Shown here in pieces: positions 56,648-64,000 of a stretch of DNA of 64,000 nucleotides (its first letter is position 1; each line of letters begins with the position of its first letter). A program made the position numbers and the translations under genes. Below the pieces are notes generated by a model. It was not told the DNA's origin. It saw only the letters and a list, made by a program, of their open reading frames with translations, and ran no database searches. The stretch spans positions 96,001 through 160,000 of IMG/VR virus record IMGVR_UViG_3300022701_000122. One strand, written 5' to 3'. This stretch comes from a virus.

Positions 56648-57556
56648 ATGTTGGATAATATTTCCAAGATCGTCTGTGGGTTTAAGGTCGATCTTGATAT
56701 TATCGGTGCTCTTTGGCTTTTAGCTTTTCGTTTCGACGTTAAGGCCGATGCCATTGAGTTCGTCTTTGGCGATGCAAAGGCTGAAGATCTTTCCGACCCA
56801 ACCGTAGTTTGTATCGAATGCGGTGGAAGCGGTCGAGTCGATCTGATGAACTTTGATCATCATGGCGAAGGATCTGAAGGTCTCGTTTCGGCGACCTGGC
56901 AGGCTTATGATAAATATAAGCCAGTCGGTGTCTACACCGAAGATACTCAGCGTATCGTAAAATACATCGATACGATGGATAGATTCGGCCCGGACGAGAT
57001 CCGAAAATACTCTATCGGGGAACCCCCGTTCCTCTCCGACATAATTTCCGGTATCTTTCTGGTTAATCCGAAAGATAACGCGAAAAAGGTCGAAGAAGGG
57101 ATATTGTTTCTCGACGATATTTCCCGCAGTGGAATTGATCCTTTTGGATCGATGAAACTGTTGGTCGATGAAAATGAACATTATGTTCAATTCGTCGATG
57201 CACACGCCGAAAATAAACGGCAAGTGCAGAAGGTCGTCGAAAAGGCAACATGGGGTAAGACAAAGTCGGGGCTTATTATAGCTTCGGTGGAGTCTGGTTT
57301 CTTTGGAACCATAGGTGCACTGTATGAAAATGGTGCACAAGTGGTCGTGGCTGTTAATCCCAATTTCCAAGGGATTAGAAAGTTTACGGTCGCTGGTAAC
57401 AAGGGAATCTCCGTTGCCCCCGCTGCTGACGACATCAGTAAAGTCGAAAGTGGTTGGGGTGGACCGCCAAGTGGCACGATTATCGGCAGCAACCAGAAAA
57501 AAGATTCAGAATTGGATCTTGAACTGGTTACGCGGATAGTCGTCTCGGCGATCTAA
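56648..57556 (+). CDS. DHH-superfamily phosphoesterase-like protein, GC-richer than its surroundings
   Basis: VDLD, FDHH, SAT, D..DRFG, C-terminal WGG...IIGS (DHHA1-like). Confidence 0.7.
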   Translation: MLDNISKIVCGFKVDLDIIGALWLLAFRFDVKADAIEFVFGDAKAEDLSDPTVVCIECGGSGRVDLMNFDHHGEGSEGLVSATWQAYDKYKPVGVYTEDTQRIVKYIDTMDRFGPDEIRKYSIGEPPFLSDIISGIFLVNPKDNAKKVEEGILFLDDISRSGIDPFGSMKLLVDENEHYVQFVDAHAENKRQVQKVVEKATWGKTKSGLIIASVESGFFGTIGALYENGAQVVVAVNPNFQGIRKFTVAGNKGISVAPAADDISKVESGWGGPPSGTIIGSNQKKDSELDLELVTRIVVSAI

Positions 57557-57786
57557 GAGACGTGATCCAGACCGAAGCGCGGGCCAGAGTGGGTGAAAAT
57601 CCCATGTACAGATACGCGCTATAAACCCCGCAACCTGCGGGATCTGGCAGTCGGATAGAGCCACTATTACATTGGCTCGAAAAGGGAAATATGATGAAAC
57701 CCATCCGACAACCATTTGGGACTATCATGTCAAATCTCAAATGGAAATATATAAAGTGCAAAGAATACCACTTTATATATTTTTTG
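57541..57786 (+). ncRNA. Large unassigned structured RNA downstream of the DHH gene, ending in a terminator
   Basis: cgtctc/gagacg, ccaga/tctgg, agcgcg/cgcgct, tggg-tgaaaat-ccca, cccgc/gcggg, gtcggat/atccgac enclosing gagcca/tggctc and ggg/ccc, ccatttggga/tctcaaatgg, then a 13-bp terminator stem. Confidence 0.65.
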
Positions 57787-57820
57787 TAAAATTTATTATA
57801 TTTATAAAGGAGAATATATC

Positions 57821-58135
57821 ATGGGTGATGGTAAGTTGGGAATGATGAGAGATGATTATTGGGAAGTAAGAGATTTATTCTACAGTAGGAAAGTTAAAGC
57901 TGATAATAATAATGGAGATTTTATTTCAATTATTAAACAAAAATATGAAGAGAATTCTAATGCAGATATCGGATCTTATATGAATTGTCCAATATGTAAT
58001 CGCAAAATAAGAAAAAAATCATATCAACATAAGTTTTGTTCCAATAAAGGAAGTGGTAATTGTAAAGATCGATATTGGAATATAGTAGATGAAAACCGAT
58101 TGAAAAGAGCGAAGCTATTCGGGAAAGGAGAATGA
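57821..58135 (+). CDS. Zn-finger hypothetical protein
   Basis: CPIC...KFCS....CKDRYWN. Confidence 0.75.
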   Translation: MGDGKLGMMRDDYWEVRDLFYSRKVKADNNNGDFISIIKQKYEENSNADIGSYMNCPICNRKIRKKSYQHKFCSNKGSGNCKDRYWNIVDENRLKRAKLFGKGE

Positions 58136-58136
58136 T

Positions 58137-58784
58137 ATGGATTTTTACTATAAGATACATTCTTATGATAAATGTGATGATGGATCTGCTTGTGAATTAT
58201 ACAAAGTTCCATCATTTGTAAATGGTTATGGATTAGTTGTATTTATTGAGAATTGTATTAAAGATAGATTGGAAGAAATAGGTTACAATTTAAAAGAAAA
58301 TAAAAATAAGATACTGATAGATGCAAAAAAAGTTGTATTAAATGATGAAAAGTCGATTCAAACACGATTCTTAATAACTGATATGTCAGTTGTTAAAAAA
58401 TTACATAAATTATATTCTGTATTTAATAATAATACCAAATTTAATATTTATATGCCAAAAAATGGCTTAATGGGTATAACTTATTTTCAAGTTGATTTTA
58501 ATATGCGGGATTGTATATCACCAGCACATATACGTGAACTTAATGATAAATTTTTATCTGATTTAAATAAATCATTATTTGTTATAAATGATTGTAAATC
58601 AATAGTAGTAACATTAAAAACTGATTATAATCTATTAGTTGAGTTATTAAATAAAAAGTTTTTGAATGATACTATTGCTATGCATGACATTAAAAAGTTT
58701 AAATATGAAATACCAACACAAGATATTAATCTTCAAACCCGATTTAAAGTTAAGTCAATAATTGATGGAGGTAAAGTATGGTAG
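58137..58784 (+). CDS. Hypothetical protein
   Basis: 215-aa coupled ORF. Confidence 0.7.
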   Translation: MDFYYKIHSYDKCDDGSACELYKVPSFVNGYGLVVFIENCIKDRLEEIGYNLKENKNKILIDAKKVVLNDEKSIQTRFLITDMSVVKKLHKLYSVFNNNTKFNIYMPKNGLMGITYFQVDFNMRDCISPAHIRELNDKFLSDLNKSLFVINDCKSIVVTLKTDYNLLVELLNKKFLNDTIAMHDIKKFKYEIPTQDINLQTRFKVKSIIDGGKVW

Positions 58785-59509
58785 ATTTATTGGGTAATAA
58801 TCGTCCAAGTGAAAGATGTAAGATATTTTTATACACTTTAAGATATAAAGATGATACATCTATAGATGAAAGAATTATTGATAATGTAATTGGTACACGT
58901 CATGATGGTTTATATATACCACCATCCGATAAAATTGGATTAGATTTTGTTGATATTGTAAAAGAAGAAGATGGTTATGATTATCCAGCAACAATATTTT
59001 GTAATACTCCAAAAATTAATTGTGTATCATCGATAAACGTATCAGAAAAAATGGCAAGAAAATTTGGTATATTTAATGCATCATTTGATGTAAAAATAAT
59101 TTTACCAAGATTATCGTTATCAAAGTATGTGAAAGTTGTAATTTATAAAAATTATTTAGATATTACTAAATTTGACTTTTGTAAAGTTTGGACATGGGTT
59201 AAAAATAGTAGAAAATTTAAAAAAGATTCTGAATACTTTAAACCCGAAAATATAAAATCTATAATGATATCATATGAGTTAGACACCGATAGAATATTAA
59301 AAACTATATTAAAATATTTAAGAAATAATCAATATGAAAATATTATAATAAATAAAATTTTCTATATATGGATTGATTTAAATAAGTCTGTTAATGAATC
59401 ATTTTTAAATATGGAAGATACCCCCGATTCATATTTTAAAGAATTGGAAGAGGACAAATATAATGAAGATAGATATTGTTCTGTTGTAAAAGTAGATTGC
59501 AGAACATAA
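58778..59509 (+). CDS. Hypothetical protein
   Basis: 243-aa coupled ORF. Confidence 0.7.
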   Translation: MVDLLGNNRPSERCKIFLYTLRYKDDTSIDERIIDNVIGTRHDGLYIPPSDKIGLDFVDIVKEEDGYDYPATIFCNTPKINCVSSINVSEKMARKFGIFNASFDVKIILPRLSLSKYVKVVIYKNYLDITKFDFCKVWTWVKNSRKFKKDSEYFKPENIKSIMISYELDTDRILKTILKYLRNNQYENIIINKIFYIWIDLNKSVNESFLNMEDTPDSYFKELEEDKYNEDRYCSVVKVDCRT

Positions 59510-59525
59510 CTTTAAATCATTATAT

Positions 59526-60149
59526 TTGGAGGGGCAAATGAATTTAAATTTCAAGCCAAACATGCTCGTAAAGTATACTGGATATCCCGCGTGTAACTAC
59601 ATACCAGATGAGTACGCTGATGCCATCGTAGATATCTTCACTGAAGATTTCAATCGATATGGTACAACTCTTTATATTCCTTCCGCTTCTCGTGCGTATT
59701 CCGCTGCTCGTGGATGTCAATTCAAAGATAATACTTTTGCATTATGTTATCCGACTGACAATTCTCAAGAAATGGCTGAACGTACTCAAAACTATACTGC
59801 CGAAGAAAGATCAATATGGTATAGAACGAGGCATGAAGTAACTCATCCATTTGAGCGTCCAATTGTTGAACGAACAAAATACACATTCGTGCCATATAAT
59901 CTGTTTGATGGTGATGAATTCACAGTTACTGTAATTGATTTAGAAAGAGTGTACCGACTTATTCAGCGATTTAAACGATTTTTGCCTGAACAACACTCCA
60001 TATACATGAATCAAAAAGTATGGACATCAATAGAAGAGATGTGTTCGGAACGAAATCTTTTAGACACAATTAAAAAGTCAGATACTCGCATGGATGTGAG
60101 AGATGTCGAAGATGATTATTATTACTTCATGAAGATCATTCTGAGATAA
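59526..60149 (+). CDS. Hypothetical protein with an HExxH motif (possible metallopeptidase)
   Basis: RHEVTH; the start may be the ATG at 59538. Confidence 0.55.
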   Translation: MEGQMNLNFKPNMLVKYTGYPACNYIPDEYADAIVDIFTEDFNRYGTTLYIPSASRAYSAARGCQFKDNTFALCYPTDNSQEMAERTQNYTAEERSIWYRTRHEVTHPFERPIVERTKYTFVPYNLFDGDEFTVTVIDLERVYRLIQRFKRFLPEQHSIYMNQKVWTSIEEMCSERNLLDTIKKSDTRMDVRDVEDDYYYFMKIILR

Positions 60150-60177
60150 TAATTAATCTTTCCAAATTTTTCAGATT

Positions 60178-60213
60178 ATCGGGAAGCTGATTATTATGCT
60201 TCCCGATTTTCTG
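60178..60213 (+). terminator. Intrinsic terminator
   Basis: atcgggaagc / gcttcccgat, then tttt. Confidence 0.8.
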
Positions 60214-60239
60214 CGTCTATAAATATTATATGATTTATT

Positions 60240-60440
60240 ATGAGGAGAATTATTATGTATTTGATTATTGATAAAGACATAACACAAGATGATGTTGGAT
60301 TTTCTTTCGATTATGATGAAGATGATGTGAATGATGTAAAAAGTGGTGATAAAATAATTATTGATTTAGATACTGAAGAAGTTATGTCTGTCGATGATTA
60401 TGGTAATACTTGTTGGGATACTATATTGCATAGGGGTTAA
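60240..60440 (+). CDS. Small acidic hypothetical protein
   Basis: 66-aa ORF. Confidence 0.6.
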   Translation: MRRIIMYLIIDKDITQDDVGFSFDYDEDDVNDVKSGDKIIIDLDTEEVMSVDDYGNTCWDTILHRG

Positions 60441-60444
60441 ATTA

Positions 60445-60609
60445 ATGAATAAAAGAATAATATGCCCAAATTGCAATAAGAAAGCCATTGTGTATTGGAA
60501 ACAGATTCATGGTATTCGTTTGATGAAAGAGCGAAATGGGTCTTTCTTCTATGAATGTAAATGCTCTGATTGTGGTTGGATATGGGAGACGAAAAGGAAA
60601 GAACAGTAA
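60445..60609 (+). CDS. Small Zn-ribbon protein
   Basis: CPNC...CSDC; ATG at 60445. Confidence 0.6.
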   Translation: MNKRIICPNCNKKAIVYWKQIHGIRLMKERNGSFFYECKCSDCGWIWETKRKEQ

Positions 60610-60794
60610 TGAATTATCGAGAATATAATTGGTTAGATACCAAAAGAAATATTCCAATGTATGGAATTCAAGCTCAGATCGAAAAAGACGGAAAATGGTT
60701 TAATACTTCAGAAAGAGGAAAACCATTAATCTTTGAAAGTAAGAGTGAACGAGATCTAAAATTGAAAGAATTAAAAAAATATGTGAGGAAATAA
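60609..60794 (+). CDS. Small hypothetical protein
   Basis: TAATG-coupled start at 60609. Confidence 0.6.
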   Translation: MNYREYNWLDTKRNIPMYGIQAQIEKDGKWFNTSERGKPLIFESKSERDLKLKELKKYVRK

Positions 60795-60796
60795 TC

Positions 60797-61060
60797 ATGC
60801 CATTATTTATGTGTTCCAAGTGTAAATGTGTAGAGAATACAGCTTTAACTGATTATGCCTATAGAATTGGAATGCTGAAAGAAGAGCCATTATGTTCAGA
60901 ATGTTCACCAATAACGAATAAATGGCATGATGAATTTGAAAAGATGGATGCAAAATGGTGGTTTGTAGATCAATATAGATATTTATGGAAAGAAAAAGAA
61001 CATATACCAAAACATTTTAAATGTATTGGTGTAATAGGAGATGATTATAAAGTTTCTTAA
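60797..61060 (+). CDS. Small Zn-finger protein
   Basis: MPLFMCSKC.CVENTAL...LCSEC...WH..F. Confidence 0.7.
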   Translation: MPLFMCSKCKCVENTALTDYAYRIGMLKEEPLCSECSPITNKWHDEFEKMDAKWWFVDQYRYLWKEKEHIPKHFKCIGVIGDDYKVS

Positions 61061-61070
61061 ACACCTTTAA

Positions 61071-61142
61071 GCCCGCATAACTCAGTTGGTAGAGTGCTGG
61101 ATTTGTAATCCAGATGCGTCAGTTCGAATCTGACTGTGGGCT
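61071..61142 (+). tRNA. trnT: tRNA-Thr(UGU), CCA not encoded
   Basis: Acceptor gcccgca/tgtgggc, anticodon arm ctgga-tttgtaa-tccag, T loop ttcgaat. Confidence 0.93.
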
Positions 61143-61172
61143 TACATTATTTTAAACTATGGAGAATTTATC

Positions 61173-61427
61173 ATGACTGAATTAGATCAAGACAAAGTAT
61201 ACAAATGTGATGAGTGTGATGCAACATTTAAAAGAAATGAAATGAAATTCATAGAACCAAGTGATAATATTTCAATTCTTACGCCTCTATCCCCATTTAT
61301 TTATGCAGATAAAGATGGTAATCCTATAGGTGGATCTGAACAACCATCAAAAGAAAAGGGCGATAAAATATTAGCATGTCCAAAATGTGGGCAAATTCAC
61401 TTATATGGATTTGATTTAATTGGGTGA
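61173..61427 (+). CDS. Small Zn-ribbon protein
   Basis: CDEC...CPKC. Confidence 0.7.
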   Translation: MTELDQDKVYKCDECDATFKRNEMKFIEPSDNISILTPLSPFIYADKDGNPIGGSEQPSKEKGDKILACPKCGQIHLYGFDLIG

Positions 61428-61728
61428 CTATATGATTTTACGTTCACGAGATAGAGTGTATAATACTTATTCTATTGAATATTCTTTTAATCCTGAAAGA
61501 TTCGATGATAACTTTTATGATGTTACTTTTGAAGTTGAATCAAATAACTGTCAAAAGTTTTATGATAATAATAATCGGGTGGTTGAAATATTTATAGTTA
61601 GAATGAAACATAGACGCAAAGATTCTAACCCATCTGGTTGTATATTTTTAAATGGGTATCTTATCTATAATGGAATATTATTTAATAATATAGTTGATAG
61701 ATTATATGATAATGGTGTTTTTATATAA
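61420..61728 (+). CDS. C-tail family protein
   Basis: Ends ILFNNIVDRLYDNGVFI. Confidence 0.65.
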   Translation: MGDYMILRSRDRVYNTYSIEYSFNPERFDDNFYDVTFEVESNNCQKFYDNNNRVVEIFIVRMKHRRKDSNPSGCIFLNGYLIYNGILFNNIVDRLYDNGVFI

Positions 61729-61749
61729 ATTATACAATAGGAATTTATC

Positions 61750-62013
61750 ATGCTTTTAAATATTGGAAATAATCGACTGGTTGTATTAAATAATATAGAT
61801 CGTCTATTAAATCAATATAATGATTATGAACATATAGTAGACATAAAAGTTAATCAATATAAGTATAAGTATTATGTCCCATATTTATTTATAGTTACTA
61901 TATCATTTATAAATATTAATACTTCTAATTCTCAAACAAATAAATGGATATGTTTTGAATTTATTTCTATTTATAATGTTTTGAATAATATATGTAATGG
62001 GGTGATTATATGA
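61750..62013 (+). CDS. C-tail family protein
   Basis: Ends ISIYNVLNNICNGVII. Confidence 0.65.
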   Translation: MLLNIGNNRLVVLNNIDRLLNQYNDYEHIVDIKVNQYKYKYYVPYLFIVTISFININTSNSQTNKWICFEFISIYNVLNNICNGVII

Positions 62014-62261
62014 ATAAAAAATTTAATGAATTTATGGATAATTTCATTCATGATTTTTATGATCGTGGTGGATCTCATTTTGATGTATATAAATCATCTA
62101 CCGATTATAAATCTAAATATTATAATGATGAATATCCAATATCTATAGATATATATACGCATGAAGGTGTATATTGTATTACTCATATATTAACTGAAAA
62201 GTGTTGTATATCTTTATTTGACATTTATCAAAATATATCATGTGGCCTTATATTGGAGTAA
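62010..62261 (+). CDS. C-tail family protein
   Basis: Ends ISLFDIYQNISCGLILE. Confidence 0.65.
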   Translation: MNKKFNEFMDNFIHDFYDRGGSHFDVYKSSTDYKSKYYNDEYPISIDIYTHEGVYCITHILTEKCCISLFDIYQNISCGLILE

Positions 62262-62265
62262 TATT

Positions 62266-62523
62266 ATGACGATAAGATTAACCGATAATATCAGAGATGT
62301 TTTATGTTACATAGATCTTTATAAAAGAAATTATAAGTATAATACAATGAGAGTTAAATATTGTTCACCCAATGAGTATGGAGTTTTAGTTTACGATAAT
62401 ACTTATTCGTTTGGATTAGTATTACACAATGGGTCATTTGGACATACTATATATCTAAATGACAAAGATTGTGTACTTTTTGATAAAATATATAGTATGT
62501 CGAGTGGGCTTATTTTAAACTGA
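62266..62523 (+). CDS. C-tail family protein
   Basis: Ends VLFDKIYSMSSGLILN; ATG at 62266 has a ggag RBS; the stop abuts tRNA-Gln. Confidence 0.65.
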   Translation: MTIRLTDNIRDVLCYIDLYKRNYKYNTMRVKYCSPNEYGVLVYDNTYSFGLVLHNGSFGHTIYLNDKDCVLFDKIYSMSSGLILN

Positions 62524-62600
62524 AGTGGCGTGGTCGAGTGGTTTAAGACACATGATTTTGGCTCATGTTTTCGCTGGTTCAAATCCAGCCGCCACTTCCA
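62524..62600 (+). tRNA. trnQ: tRNA-Gln(UUG)
   Basis: Acceptor agtggcg/cgccact, anticodon arm catga-ttttggc-tcatg, encoded CCA. Confidence 0.95.
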
Positions 62601-62618
62601 TATAAAAAAGGGATTATT

Positions 62619-63050
62619 ATGGGATGGATTATAAAGAATAAAGGTATAACCATGACAAGTGATATGTGTGAACATAAGCTTGTTAATAGTATAGGGTTAG
62701 AAAACTGCAGTTTATTGGATTATAAATTATATACGATTACAAAATGTGATAGAATAAGATGTCCGATTAAAGAAACTAATTATGCAGAAATAACTAAAAA
62801 CGAACCAGTAAAATATTTATTTCTTGATATTGATCCAAGAAATTATGAATTTTTTACTGGAAAAGGTTATGCACGTAGTGATGTTGAAGCTGTTAAAAAT
62901 GGTCAACTTGCTATAGTCGATTTAGAAACATTATCGATGATGGTTGTTTTTGATAATATTGTTAAATGGGTTAAAATCGATCATTCAGTTATTAGAGATA
63001 AATTGGCTATAGAAAATAAACTATATATGTTGAATAACGAAAAAACTTAA
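62619..63050 (+). CDS. Hypothetical protein
   Basis: ATG at 62619 after an aaggga RBS (the track start 62565 lies inside the tRNA). Confidence 0.7.
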   Translation: MGWIIKNKGITMTSDMCEHKLVNSIGLENCSLLDYKLYTITKCDRIRCPIKETNYAEITKNEPVKYLFLDIDPRNYEFFTGKGYARSDVEAVKNGQLAIVDLETLSMMVVFDNIVKWVKIDHSVIRDKLAIENKLYMLNNEKT

Positions 63051-63056
63051 TTATTT

Positions 63057-63146
63057 CCTGGGGTATCCAAGTGGCTCAAAGGACACGGGCTGTAAACCCG
63101 TTGGCCTATATGGTCTTCGAAGGTTCGAATCCTTCCCCCAGGACCA
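63057..63146 (+). tRNA. trnY: tRNA-Tyr(GUA)
   Basis: Acceptor cctgggg/ccccagg, anticodon arm acggg-ctgtaaa-cccgt, long variable arm, encoded CCA. Confidence 0.95.
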
Positions 63147-63388
63147 TTTTCATTTATTAATGGAGATTTTATAATGACGATTTTAATGAAACAATCTGGA
63201 AAAGTGAACTACCCAGCGACTGCTAAAGCAGATCACGGGGTTTCCTACTCTGGCGAATTATAAAATTAAACATAATAATAGAAAGATAGACGATATATTT
63301 AAAGTTATGGAAAGTAATAAAATATTTGCATCTCATGATAGATCAATAGAATTTTTATTTCTGTAGAGATAGAAAAAAGGAGGCTTAT

Positions 63389-63706
63389 ATGCCGATTATA
63401 TTTATAGATGAAGGAATAGTGACTGAAATAAATAACTTCGTTTTATCATTAGATGATAATCCAGATAGTTCTGTTAGCATAGTACTATATGATAGATTAG
63501 AAGTTGGTGATAATTATCGTTCCCCGAAAAAGATAACTCTACGGGAACTTTTTGCTGTTCCGAGTATAGGGGTATACTACGGAGATATTCTCAGAAAAGC
63601 GCAAGTCGAATTGGAGAGGATATTATATAAAATAATTAAGAATAGAGCAGATAAAGGGGAAACTGTTATTTATGAATCTGGAAGCATAGTATTAATACTT
63701 AAATAA
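63389..63706 (+). CDS. Hypothetical protein
   Basis: 105 aa, aggagg RBS. Confidence 0.7.
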   Translation: MPIIFIDEGIVTEINNFVLSLDDNPDSSVSIVLYDRLEVGDNYRSPKKITLRELFAVPSIGVYYGDILRKAQVELERILYKIIKNRADKGETVIYESGSIVLILK

Positions 63707-63725
63707 TTATAGGAGAATAGTTATA

Positions 63726-64000
63726 ATGAATAGATCTGAAGAAATAGAAGAAAAAATGAAAAGAATAGATGAACTGAATGATGAAAAGAATGCTTTAATG
63801 GTTAAGCTAAAACGATCATTACAAATACAAGAAATTTGGCCCGATGCATTTGATTATGGATCAGTAGTTTGTTCTTTATCTGGAAATATTCATAAAGATG
63901 AACTTATGTTTTCTATAAGAAATGGTAAAGATGAAGTAAGACTTTTTAAATTGGAAGAAGTTCCAATACATCTATTAGAGCATCAGATAGATATTCAAAA
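63726..64000 (+). CDS. Hypothetical protein (runs off the window)
   Basis: MNRSEEIEEKMKRIDELNDEK..., aggag RBS, no stop before 64000. Confidence 0.65.
   Translation, partial: MNRSEEIEEKMKRIDELNDEKNALMVKLKRSLQIQEIWPDAFDYGSVVCSLSGNIHKDELMFSIRNGKDEVRLFKLEEVPIHLLEHQIDIQ

Noticed and set aside
56720-57492. Long minus-strand ORFs (216 aa and others) opposite the DHH gene
   Set aside because: Expected from fewer stop codons in a GC-richer gene; no RBS or motifs, and they conflict with the clear + strand gene.
57586-57645. Cobalamin riboswitch or hammerhead ribozyme call
   Set aside because: Only partial matches (GGUGAAAAUCC, CCCGCAAC; GAUGA...GAAA); the B12 box and the CUGANGA/GAAA/UH arrangement are missing, and the location is 3' of a gene.
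62565-62618. N-terminal extension of the 62565 ORF
   Set aside because: It overlaps tRNA-Gln; the ATG at 62619 has a proper RBS.
1-64000. Genome-wide stop-codon recoding (TGA or TAG reassigned), prompted by the TGA at 54137
   Set aside because: Long core genes are uninterrupted, and TGA (e.g. 17737, 31988) and TAG (e.g. 9947, 36610) both end genes at natural boundaries; no suppressor anticodon among the four tRNAs.

Overview
A 64-kb segment of a very AT-rich large (jumbo-type) tailed dsDNA phage, most likely a myovirus. Essentially all credible genes lie on the + strand in standard code 11. Core genes: a class II ribonucleotide reductase with two inteins, a RecA/UvsX recombinase, a baseplate module (gp53-like, gp5/VgrG-like, PAAR-like, amidase), and a phage multisubunit RNA polymerase (intact beta; beta' split over two genes, with an atypical Thr...Gln-Asp intein directly after the catalytic DFDGD). 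Four tRNAs are present (Pro, Thr, Gln, Tyr). A DsrC-like and a KhpA-like gene point, by inference, to a sulfate-reducing Desulfobacterota-type host. The most unusual signals are: (1) about 9 unrelated genes sharing an N-terminal M[YF][IL]SE[QE]Y[LI]xE leader resembling a T4 capsid-targeting/prohead-protease signal, on cargo that includes a Cys-less DsrC mimic, a SNF2 helicase and ART-, GNAT- and papain-like proteins; (2) more than 20 small hypervariable genes sharing a C-terminal amphipathic-helix/G-hydrophobic tail; (3) two 23-aa-repeat-array PD-(D/E)XK nucleases placed right after the RNAP genes, plus stand-alone copies of their Zn-finger module; (4) four or more unassigned structured RNAs; (5) two recurring promoter-like motifs. 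All functional calls come from motif recognition by eye; no searches were run.
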